DNA of 64,000 nt from Spizellomyces punctatus DAOM BR117 (taxonomy: Eukaryota). Shown piece by piece: positions 1 through 10,663 of the stretch. Made by a program: the position numbers and the translations under genes. Numbering within the stretch: position 1 is the stretch's first letter; every line of letters begins with the position of its first letter. A model generated the notes under the pieces. It was not told the origin of the DNA, did no database searches, and saw only the letters and a program-made list of their open reading frames with translations. The stretch lies in NCBI GenBank assembly GCA_000182565.2, contig KQ257455.1. One strand, given 5' to 3'.

Positions 1-910
1 CAGGGTCTTGGTGAGGCGGACAGGCTTGGGCACGAGGCCAAAACAGCGTTGACAGTATGGGATTGTGTGCGTACATGCTGAAAAGATGTATTTCAGAAAT
101 ACAAATAAAAAATGCACTGCTGACAACATGATTACTTGGGATCTCAAAGAGCGTAATTCTTGCCAAAATGCTGGAATATCAGAACACTCGCGCCGCTACG
201 GCCATATCAGAGTTTGATGTTCGCGGAAAACGAGTGATTGAGCTGGTTGGTTGATGTCACACATAAACCTTACCCTCGTTAAGCTGTGATTTGCAAATAC
301 AGGGTGCAGGAAGAGCGTTGGTTGGTATGGCTGCCGCAGTACTAGGAGCGAACGTCGTCGTGACAGATGTGGATGACGTTCTGCCTGCTCTGAAAAAAGT
401 GATTGCGTTAAACGAGCATATTATTGCATCGGATAAAGCAGAGAGCGAACTCAGTGGAAAAGGACGGATAGAGGGTGTTTGCAATTTAGATTGGACCCAA
501 AGGTTCCTTACACGTTGAATAACGCTGCGTTCAAACTCGTAACTGACCAGCTTTTGTGTCCAAGATCGAACGTCATTTCAATGCTCCAACCCCCTTTTGA
601 TCTAATCCTCGCCGCTGATGTCGTTTGGCTGTATGATTTAATCGAACCTCTAGTAGCAACCATTGCAGGTATGCTAACATAATTTGAAGATTTGCGATCC
701 GACACTAACACACTGACAGAACTCTCCTCTCCAAATACAACGACCCTTCTCGCCTACCAATCACGAGCCCTCAGGGCGGATCGACAACTCTTTTCAGCTT
801 TGGAGAACCATCGCCTTAGCTGGGAAATTCTCGGGGACGAGCAGTTAGATCTATTCTATCGGAAGGACAATGTTGTGATATATCGCATTCAAAAGAGGAG
901 GCATGGATAA
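1..910 (+). CDS. METTL21/Methyltransf_16-family SAM-dependent (protein-lysine) methyltransferase, 5' truncated by window, multi-exon
   Basis: Spliced motifs TVWDC/SVILA, GKRVIEL-GAG...GMAAA, VVVTD, LDW, FDLILAADVVW; stop TAA at 908-910. Confidence 0.85.
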
Positions 911-1645
911 AGACAATCCATAGGGATTCAGTGAAAAACGAGATCCGTTCCCACTGCGTAGCGCACTCGAGACTTTATTAATGCGTACTCATAACATGTC
1001 GGTATTGAATACACAGTTGGCGACCAACAACCGTCGGTGCGGGTTCAACGAAAGCGGCTTTAGGCGGACACAATGGTGTTCCTACCATTAATCTACTGAG
1101 GATGGGTGCATTCCCGCTAATATTGTTTCGTGCAGAGGGATTCTTGCAGACATGTTGACGTTTTGCTATGTATACATTGATGAATCTATGCCGCAAGAGG
1201 TGAAATAAGACGGAGAAGATTTGGGCGCGGTACGCTTCGTGTGAAACCTTGTGGATAATAAGAATATAACGGTGAGTAATGAAATTCGGACAATATCTTG
1301 CTATGCTCACTCGACTGTCGACCCGCAAGTCACAAAGTATGCGGTGAATGCAATCCAAAGACTACATCCATTCGCGACTACCTGGACTTCACCACATACC
1401 CAAGTAAAGGATGAAGGGAATGAACCCGATATGCACTGCCTTCTTGCCCCAGTCAAAGAGCTTCATGATGCGTTCGCGAGTCTCTTCCTGCATGTTGGCT
1501 TTTCTAGTGTGATTGGCAGAATGAACAACGGCAAAGGGAAAACTGCAAACTGAGAACGGAAATGTTCCTCCCTGTTGCTATGGAAACAACCAAGCAATGG
1601 ATGACGTGAAAATGCAGCAGCATCACCATCGTTCCATCCTCCGCA

Positions 1646-2343
1646 ATGGCCTCAAACCATTCCCCTTACTCTCAGCGCCTCTCAGTTGTTGATGATCCAC
1701 GGTCGCCAATAACATATCTCATCACGGACTGTCCTAACGAAAAGTCATTGTTGGAGGATTATCTTCCACTGTTGCAAGCGCACGACTGCAGCAATGTAGT
1801 GCGCTTGTGCGATGGTGGGGCTTACAACGCCGATCCTTTGCGTCAGCACGGCATAACAGTTTGGGACTGGCCTTTTGAAGATGGTAAACAGGATGCTACT
1901 TTTTACATTGGTCAAGGAGCAGGCTGATCGACTTCGCGACAGGGTCGGTCCCACCTGAAGCGATAATATCAGCCTATCGTGACATGCTTGACTCGTTAAC
2001 ATCGTCCACAGCAACGTCAGACACGGATGCGAAGCGCCGGGATTCGGGACGATCTGGGAATGCTTCGTCTATTGTCGGCAAATCAAAGCCAGCGGTTGCA
2101 ATCCATTGTATCAGTGGAATCGGACGAGCTCCGGTGTTGGTCGCAGCTGCCCTGATAGATTGTGGTGTCGATCCAGTGGAAGCAGTGGAGCTTGTACGAG
2201 CGAAGCGGCGAGGAGCGCTAAATAAGCGACAACTAGCCTGGCTTATGGATAAGAAGGGTGGCTTCAAACGAAAAAAGCGTGGCAAGGACGGTAAAGGGTC
2301 TATAGGTAAAATGTTTGCCGGCTTTTTGGGCAAGAAGGATTGA
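1646..2343 (+). CDS. PRL/PTP4A-type protein tyrosine phosphatase (one intron ~1883-1942)
   Basis: VVRLC, WPFEDG loop, P-loop [17 protein letters not shown], polybasic C-terminus. Confidence 0.88.
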
Positions 2344-2607
2344 CTGCATAGAGTACCGAACGCAAAACCGGAGGCCTCCCATAAAATAGAGGGGGCACGT
2401 ACTGACAGACGTCATGATTAGAGTAGGCAAGGTAGGTCGTCGAAAGGGATGTAATCGGGTGTCACAGAGGTTTTGCTCAATCTCGTCCGCACTATTTTTA
2501 TTAGGTGGCCCTAATTGCGATATTAGTCCGAAGAACAACTCGTTGTTTTCACTTTTCATTAGATGTGTACTTGAAATCAAACAAATCATTATTATACAAG
2601 ATGCAAA

Positions 2608-3418
2608 TCATGTAGGCAGGGGAGCGGCTTTCATGCCGATCCAATCTGTCCGTGGTCCTGCCGTCCCATTCCACCCTATCGACAAAACCCAACCCTAGTA
2701 TGTTACAGCATTGCCTGATCCGTTTGCAATCAATCGCAATCGCGTAGCAATAAAGCTCACAAACGGAAACAGCATCAAGACAGTCCAAAGCATTTGGAGA
2801 CATCCACGTTCCTCCCTCCTTGATTTTTGAAGGGCCTTCTCTCTTTCCAAGTCATCTCTCCACACAGCCTCCTCGTTGGGATCTGCGGTGCCCCACCACC
2901 CCTTCTGCAGCCGGCCTTCCAGCTGATACGCGGCTACCCTTCGATCTTCTTCCCAAACAGGAGCGACTTCGATCCCTAGGCGAAGCTCATTGAGTAGGTC
3001 AGCAAATATCTCTATCGATCCATCCGGGACGCTGGTGGACGATAGAAACCCCAGGGTTCGGGGGCGGTAAGGACATAGGTATGGAGACCGAGCAGTTGAA
3101 ATGTGTGTGTGACAGGCTTGGAGAAGGAGATCTAGGAGTATCTCAGGGGTAAAGGACCGCGAATAGGAAAAGGAAGCACGGATAAAGCCGTTGGCGTCGG
3201 TGATAATCCCGTTGGACTTGTCCCAAGCAACTAGAGTAAATGTGACAAAATATCAGAAAATAAAATCATAAAATATCGCAATGAGGCGATAAGCACACAT
3301 CTTGAGGCTACTACATACCAATGGACCAGTCTCCTGCAGGGTCATATGGTAGGGATCTCGCAACCTCGATTGCTTGGCGAAGCGCGACATGGTCTTTGGA
3401 ATAGCGTGGTCCGGGCAT
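2608..3418 (-). CDS. Hypothetical protein, 3 exons
   Basis: ATG 3418 MPGPRYSKDH... splices through GT-AG introns into an open frame VAWDKSNGII...LDCLDAVS/GWVLSIGWN...PLPT-stop; only partly shown in the ORF track. Confidence 0.65.
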
Positions 3419-3666
3419 TTTAGGAGGAAGTGCGTCAGATTGTGAGTTGCAGCGAGAGGGATGTGGTAAAGCGAGAAAAAACAGGTTTCCTTACTTGGGG
3501 CTCAGAAAACATGGAGGGCTTTTCAACAACAAAGGGACGGACAGGGTGCTCCGTAAGACGACAGGAGGTGGTAAGCAGTAATGTGACTGTGCAATGATTA
3601 GCAAAATCGTTCGACCATTTCGCCCATGGGACTTTGACGCATGTTGAGCAGAAAGATTTTGTAAAG

Positions 3667-5361
3667 ATGAGCGTTGTTTTTGACGCCGTTGGGGGATTTC
3701 TGAATCGGAACAGACGAAAGTTCTACTGGCTGGGAGGAACGGTGGGAAGTGGATATCTTTTGTTCAAGTATGCACAATGGAAATGGACCGAGTTTCAGCA
3801 ACGGAGAGAGATTGAACAGACGGCGAAATCAAAGTATGTCACTGCAACCATTGAAAGCGGCTACAGAAGCAAAAGCTCCTTCGTTGGCATACCGCAAAAT
3901 TTTGGGAGCTTCATCTTGCTAATATGGTTTTTGACAGCGTCAAACGCCGCTTTGAACAAAACTTGCAAGATTGCACATTTGCAGTCGGATCTTTACTTCC
4001 TACGCTCGGTGAAAACTTGTTCAACGAACTCAATGTGGAGCTGTTAACTGCACAACTGCAACAAACACGGCAAGCCAAGACAGAGGGGGGAGAAGGAGGC
4101 GAAGATCAGCCAGGTGCACCTGTAACTCAACCGCGGAAAACAAAACTGGAGATCTGGGAAGAGCTGAAGCTGCTAAGTACGCTGTGGTGATGAGATCACA
4201 AATGCAAGTTGATATCCGATTGTGCTAAAGCAGATTGATTCTTTATTGCCAGGTTTTACCCGGACAATATCCTCTGTATATCTTGTGACCCTCCTCATTG
4301 TGTTTACACACCTCCAGCTCAGCCTTTTGGGAAGATTCTTCTATCTCGATAGCGTTGTAGCATTCTCGCAAACGGATCGTGAACAGCAAGTTCGGGGAAC
4401 AGTCGGAGGACGGAAAGGGGTTTCGGACGAAACGGAACGCAAGTATCTGACGTTCAGTTGGTATGTCTTGAACGTAGGATGGAAACAGTGTGTTGCCCAA
4501 GTACAGAGAGCAGTGCAAGAGGTTGTTGGAAGGTGAGAATCTCTTATTGTGTTCTTAGTGAGCTCATCGTAAATCATGATTGCACTAATTTTAATGATTG
4601 GTTGCTCTAGCATATCACTGAAGGAGGTCACAACCTATGACGCACTGATTGAAATCATTGGGAAAGTGCGAGAAAAGGTTGAGGACGAAAATGGAGAAAA
4701 CTCAAAGTACGTCCATTAATAGAGTACCCGCACGTTTTGAGTTTGGTGGTAATTGAGGCTGTAATTTAGCATGACTGCCTTCTTACTTCCCGAAGAAGGA
4801 AAGGAGGAAGATGTCTTGCGTGCCGGGGGAGTTGAAACCGACGGGTTTGTAGTGGATAAGGAGCTGAAGGATCTGTTGAACGAAACAAGGGACTTTCTGG
4901 ACAGGTAGGCGATTTGATGTAGGAAACGAGATCAGTCATTCAAATGTCTGATAAATGATTCTGTTATATTTAGTAGCGATTTCCGTAAAGTCCTCAAGTC
5001 ATGCTTTGATGAGGCATTTGACCTGCTCTTCAAGCAACTTCGCCCAACCTTTTTTGCAGAACAGGAGTCCAGGCAGAGGTCACATATTGCTGAAGTCCAA
5101 GAAGGGGAAGATATCCAAGACAATGCTGAGAACAAAGGCAAAGCAATGCCTTTAGCAGGGGTAATACCTGTTATTAGTCGATTAGTCCATCATGTCGTAA
5201 ACGGAGTGCCAAACATTTTCTTGGAGGTAACTGTTATAAGGTGATTTGTCTCCATCTACCATGCTAACACAGTTATGTTTTCTTAGATACTCTCGACACA
5301 ACCCGAATTGAAAGCTTTGTCTGTAGTTATGTATACTGGATGGGAGGATCATGTGCTGTAA
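3667..5361 (+). CDS. PEX3: Peroxin-3, multi-exon
   Basis: N-terminal RNRRKF plus TM segment, KRRFEQNLQDC, KLEIWEELKL, FTRTISSVY..QLSLLGR, YLTFSWYVLNVGW, LLNETRDFLDS. Confidence 0.93.
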
Positions 5362-5674
5362 CTGAGCTGCTTTATTCTTTTTGATACCGCTACATTTGAT
5401 CCTGTAATGGAAAGCCCTTGCGCAACGCAGTTGGACTTTTTGGAACTGCATGGCGATAACAATGATTAGCTAAGCAGAAATGACACGGCGATGACGGGTG
5501 TGAAACTTTGGCCCCCGCAACCTCCTTCAAGTTCATAATCGCCTTAAGCACAGTCCTTGTTTGTCTTTGCACCATAGAGTTTTGCAACCTGTCGTTACAA
5601 ACAGTACGTTTCTCACAGAAAACCTCTACGGGCCTTGCAGAAAACCTCTACACCACCTACTTGCATTAATTCAC

Positions 5675-7012
5675 ATGGCCGCCGAGAGTGTCTCGCACGG
5701 AGTTCAGCCTACGGAGCGGTCTCCCTTGCTGGGGACCACTCAAGTGGGTTCGCAAGATACAGAACATATATGCGAGAGATCACCAAGATTTACACTTCCA
5801 AATCGCCGCACAATTCTGCTCTCTCTGTTGGTCGTCGGTATTCTCATTTTGGGCGTTGTGGTTCCAGTGGTGTACTTTGTTGTAATTCCGGACCGTCTAC
5901 GAGAAGCGTTGAACGGAAACGGCGCAGACATAAGACAGATTCATGTTATCGATATTCAAAATGATCGAATTGCGCTCCGTGTTCGTGGACTGGCGCATAA
6001 CGACGACGTTCCCCCCGTTAGGGTTACAATGCACCCAACACTGTTTTCATTCCTCAACATTGCAGGCGCAACGCAGGAGAGCGTCAAAACATTGAAAAGT
6101 GATATGGAAATCAGTGAGGAGGAGTTACGGATTGGTTCTTTACAGTTTCCGGGACTGGTGGTACCTCGAGGAGCAGTCTCGGTTCCAATAGATTTCGTCA
6201 GTGCGGTCGAACACCTAAATATTCCACTTATCGAGCGGCTTTTAAGTAGTCTTTTGAAGGGTGGAGAGGAACCGATGCCTCCACAGATGTTTCGCTTGCA
6301 AGCTAGTCCGCTGATGTCGTTGCAACATGTTGGTTCCTGGGTGATTCCTTTACAAAACAATATCTTCTTTGATCCAAGTAAGCATAGACTATTCCGTTGA
6401 TATGTTGTTCCCTATTGTGACGTTTTCGGCGTAGGTAAAACCTCAGCACCGGACTTGTCTCAGTTTAACATTACCCTCGTCGACAGCTCTTATACACCAA
6501 ACGCAACAGATCCGTCCCAGTTACTTCTGTTTGCGAACCTTTCCTTCGACAATCCTACCGTTCTATCCTTTGCCCCACAAAACATATCCGTTCTCTTCTC
6601 CATCCACTATGAAAATGATCGTATCGTGGATGTGATGATTCCTTCTTCGACGACGCAGTTGGCGCAAGGCCACAACAGCAACGCTACCGTATACGGTTCT
6701 ACTGTTCCTCCCGAAGGGACGATGAAACTAATGCAGCTAGTCGGAAAGTATGCTGAGGGGGAAAACACAACCGTGGTGTTAAAGAACTTCCGACTTGAGT
6801 ACGAGCAGAGACGAGCCTCATTGCCATGGATTGAAGACATTTTGGCCGATATGGAGTTTGAAGTAGAAATACCTGCCCCGGAGGAATCGGATGATGATGG
6901 GTTGCGGAGGGCCCAAACCTTTGGTATCAACACAGTCAAGACAACTGGAAGGACAAGGAAGGCTTTGTCAGCAGCTTCCCGATTTCAAAATCAGCGAAAG
7001 GGTTCCTCGTAG
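5675..7012 (+). CDS. Type II single-pass membrane protein, DUF3712/LEA_2-like lumenal domains (Tag1-like); intron ~6378-6434
   Basis: ERSPLL acidic dileucine motif, one TM helix, beta-rich domains with NPT...V.F.I.Y and L..G.N pattern, several N-glycosylation sequons. Confidence 0.6.
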
Positions 7013-7266
7013 CGCAACCCCCCGTAGTTTCTGACCTCATAGTTGTATTGTGCTGTACATTTTCCGTATCTTTTTGTGAATGTGCCTGTTTGATGGTTCG
7101 CGTAGTATATAGATTGAAGTCCAGATTCTAATTGCGTTGCAGGAATACGCCTTATTTTCGTAATAGTGAATGGATAACATTTCATTGTGATGCATATATT
7201 AAATTTCCAGTCTAAACAGTTACTTCGAACGATCCAACTACTATGTTACAATATAAATGAAATAAA

Positions 7267-8577
7267 CTATGCGAAGGTGGTCGTGCGTCTGTTCGACTCT
7301 GCTCTATCTTCGCCGAGATCACACCTCACTTCTTCCATCACAGTGTCGGTGCTTTCCATCCTTTCCCAAATGTGCTCCTTTTCTAGTAGCGGATCCTTCC
7401 AGGCTCTCCAGGTAAATACTCCGTGTAAGTTCCATACGAGAACAAATAGGAAAGTTCCCCAGGCAATTCCGCAGCAGATCCACACGAGAACGTGAACCGT
7501 CGGCGTATTCACAACTTTGGAGTACTCGCTGGTCGCCATAGCCACAGCAGCGGTTGGGAAAGTTGCTGCCCACCATGGAAGGTAGGACTTTTGCGGGATG
7601 GTTCTCAAGTATGCGCGCCAGAGTGATGGTACAATGAGCACGCCGGCGGCCAAACTGTTGAACAAGAAGAAACGGCCAATGTGTCCGAGATGATCTGTTG
7701 TTCCAGATGGCATATCGCTCAACGTGATTCGACTGACATTCACCCATGCGAGTGATGCTATCGCGCTCGGTGCGACAGTCAAGAATACTTGTGGGACGGC
7801 CCCACTCGTTTCCAGATGCTCGCGAGCCATCGAAAAATTTTGCCACAGACTGACATACATGACGATCCAATAGAAGGAGCCCACATAGAACAGGAAAGTG
7901 GCTACTTCCAGCCAGCCTATCAAGGCACCCAAAGAGGACGACAGGAACCATGGAACTAGGGTAAACAGATACGACGGTTCCGCGTCGCGGTATGAGATAC
8001 CAAGCTTTGGTTTCTGCATCGACGACATCCATCCGCCGTAAACGAACAGGCAGCCAATCAAGTGCAAGATTGTGAGGATGCAAAATGGTATCTCAAAGTT
8101 TGCATGACCGAGAAATGACTCTGGATATGCTAGTGTCATTAGGAAGGCACCAATAAGGAAGAGGAAAAAATCATTATGTCGAAGAGGATGATGGAGTTCC
8201 CAGCTACATATTCTTGGATATCTCAGTGCTTTGAACGCGTAAAGGATGGCAGCGACACTGGAAACCACAAGTGATATGAACCATAACACGACGTGTATGG
8301 TGTCTGAGATGTGGACCCACGGGAGGGATGCAAGGTACTTGAAGAGAAGGGATTGAGCAGCTAGCCCCGGTATAACACCGACCGAAGTAACGGGAATGCG
8401 AGCCAGCCATGGCGGTCTTGAACGGGTCTCCCGACTCGTTCTCCCCTCCTCCATTGCCGTCGACTGCATTTTGGAATGCATAATGTGTGGGGAGGAACAC
8501 TTCCTTTTTAAATGTTGAGCGTCTCCCGCGGGCGGAATGCGCTGTTCGTGGATGACGCGATTGTCGTAATTTTTCAT
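7267..8577 (-). CDS. SLAC1/TehA (TDT family) anion channel, intronless, 436 aa
   Basis: ~10 hydrophobic segments; ELHHPLRHNDFF, FLTVAPSAIASLAW, WWAATFP gate motif. Confidence 0.88.
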   Translation of the reverse strand: MKNYDNRVIHEQRIPPAGDAQHLKRKCSSPHIMHSKMQSTAMEEGRTSRETRSRPPWLARIPVTSVGVIPGLAAQSLLFKYLASLPWVHISDTIHVVLWFISLVVSSVAAILYAFKALRYPRICSWELHHPLRHNDFFLFLIGAFLMTLAYPESFLGHANFEIPFCILTILHLIGCLFVYGGWMSSMQKPKLGISYRDAEPSYLFTLVPWFLSSSLGALIGWLEVATFLFYVGSFYWIVMYVSLWQNFSMAREHLETSGAVPQVFLTVAPSAIASLAWVNVSRITLSDMPSGTTDHLGHIGRFFLFNSLAAGVLIVPSLWRAYLRTIPQKSYLPWWAATFPTAAVAMATSEYSKVVNTPTVHVLVWICCGIAWGTFLFVLVWNLHGVFTWRAWKDPLLEKEHIWERMESTDTVMEEVRCDLGEDRAESNRRTTTFA

Positions 8578-8672
8578 TTTTCTTTTTCATCTCCCAGGGG
8601 ATCGATAATTTGTCACGTGGACAGATAGTGTTACGTAATTGGCCCCCTTTGGGCCCCCCTTTCCCACTGGTC

Positions 8673-8680
8673 TATAAAAG
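8673..8680 (+). promoter_or_regulatory. TATA box (TATAAAAG) preceded by duplicated GGCCCCCTTT and a GTCACGTG E-box
   Basis: Direct sequence match; pyrimidine-rich initiator-like stretch downstream. Confidence 0.45.
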
Positions 8681-9046
8681 GACGGCCCATTCACCCATTC
8701 CCCGTTCATCCATTCTCTTCATCTGAGTAGTTTTCCGGTCGATGACTGCAAGTCTCAAGTGTGGTGCGTGGTCATAGCAAGTGAAACGTCAGTCGCTGCC
8801 ACTTTGGCCTTACTCTTCTTTCATTTGCTCGCAGATTCTGCGACCGCATCGTGATGTTGCCATCGTGCCATCTTCTCAAGAATCGTCCCCGCGCAACTTG
8901 GAGGTACGACAAGCAAGTTCAACGAAGAGTGCTGCATGAGTTTATCGGATCGATATGCGCAGCAGCGTACCTTCACTGAAGAATGCGGCAACATGAATCT
9001 GTTATGCGCAGTAAGTCAGCGACGAGCACATCACCTTTGGCAACAG

Positions 9047-9850
9047 CCCAATGATTGTCCCCGAAGTTTTACTCAGTGCGCGACAAGAGGCAGCATGAAG
9101 ATGCGCAGCAAGTTCGTCAAGGTAGCCCAATGATTGTCTCCGAGGGTTTTACCCGGTGCGCGACATGAGGGAGTATGAAGATACGCGCAGCAAGACAGTG
9201 GAGGCCAATCATATACGCGCAGCAAAACAGTGGAGGCCAATCATATACGCGCAGCAAGACCGTGGAGGCCAATCATATACGCGCAGCAAGACAGTGGAGG
9301 TCAATCATATACGCGCAGCAAGACAGTGGAGGCCGACCCAATGATTGCCCTGAAGACGACCAATGATGGGCTTGAGGGAATCGCATACGCGAGCCAGGTA
9401 CGTTTGCTGGAAAGGGCGGCATGATGTTAGCGGAAGTGGACCCAATGATTGCCCTGAAGGCGTTGCCTAATGATGGGCCTGAGCGAATCGGATACGCGTA
9501 GCCAGGTACGTTAAGGGAACATGACGACAGGAGTGGAAAGGCGGTTAAAACGTGCGTCAATGGGGAAAATGCGGTGTACTGCGAGATGATGTCAGTGGAT
9601 GGACAAGCGCTTTACGGGAAAGGCGGGCATGATATGAGTGAGCGAATACGCGCTTTGTAAGGTACGTTTTGATTGCAGAGTGTCGCAACGGTGACGGGAA
9701 CGTATGGGATGTGCGTAATGTGCGCGGATGGACATGCGCTTGCAAGTACGTTCACAAAGTGGTGGAACGCTAGGAATCAAGACAGTGGAGGCGAGCCCTA
9801 TGATTGCCCTGAAGACGACTAATGATGGGCTTGAGGGAATCGCATACGCG
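9047..9850. repeat. Dispersed degenerate modules with core CCC(A/T)ATGATTG
   Basis: Cores at 9047, 9126, 9337, 9441, 9796; 9319-9391 is nearly identical to 9778-9850. Confidence 0.85.
9181..9334. repeat. 32-bp minisatellite, ~4.8 copies (ATACGCGCAGCAAGACAGTGGAGGCCAATCAT)
   Basis: Units start at 9181, 9213, 9245, 9277, 9309 with single substitutions. Confidence 0.95.
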
Positions 9851-10097
9851 GATAGGAGAGTGCAACATGATGTATGCGAGTGGATGGATATGAGACGAGC
9901 AAGCGATATCCTGGCAAATCCAAGTAAGTTAAGGCAGGTCGAGACAGTCCCTATCATTATTTGAGATGAGCGCAAGTGGCGCAAGTGGCCGAACCATTGG
10001 GAAAACAATTGGATCTGTGGACTTTTATCGGACTGGAGCAGTGGGCCTGCAGAACCGTCTCGGGCACGGGACTAGACAGGATCATGTGTGGCCATAG

Positions 10098-10268
10098 CAT
10101 TCCCTCACCTTTAACCCATGGGCACCCCGAGATGGAGGTTGGAATGGATTGATTCGATAAGTGCGCACATTCACTACCCACATCCTATCAGTCGCTTTAG
10201 CTGCATGCTTGTAAGTTCAGTTACAGTGTGCCATAAATGGGTGCCCATGGGTTAAAGGTGAGGGAGTG
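10098..10268. mobile_element. MITE-like element, ~170 bp, with 27-bp perfect terminal inverted repeats
   Basis: 10101-10127 TCCCTCACCTTTAACCCATGGGCACCC is the exact reverse complement of 10239-10265; no ORF inside; TSD not evident. Confidence 0.6.
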
Positions 10269-10663
10269 GAAGGCGCTCAATGCTGCGCAATGCGCAGCAA
10301 TGCTTGGAGATGCGCAGTATGGACAACGTACGCGTTACAGATCAGTTCGCGATCAGCGCGTGACGCGCGCGATTGAGACGACTGCGCATCCGACATGGAT
10401 GTTCCATATCAGGATCGTATGCATGCACCCGCGGACCAAAGGATGAGTTTTGGGGGCCATTTTATTGAAACTACAAAGGATATATTGAGGGGCTGATCTG
10501 TCCACATCACGGCGCTCTATGGAATCTATTCTGTTGCCTGTGATGGTCTCCAATAAAATCCTTCTGAGCTATCGTGTCACTACATAAGCACACCTATGCC
10601 AACGCACATTCTGCAATGACCTCTATCCTTGGTCTACTTTATCTGATTACTGGTTGAATTTCA

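Noticed and set aside
978..1553. ORFs between the methyltransferase and PRL genes
   Set aside because: No recognisable motifs or consistent splice model; treated as intergenic or UTR.
2341..2346. TGA-CTG readthrough context at the PRL stop
   Set aside because: The extension gives neither a CaaX nor a PTS1, and the context is weaker than TGA-CTA.
9047..9850. CRISPR-like array
   Set aside because: The units are contiguous tandem or degenerate modules without unique, regularly sized spacers; the context is eukaryotic and there are no cas genes.
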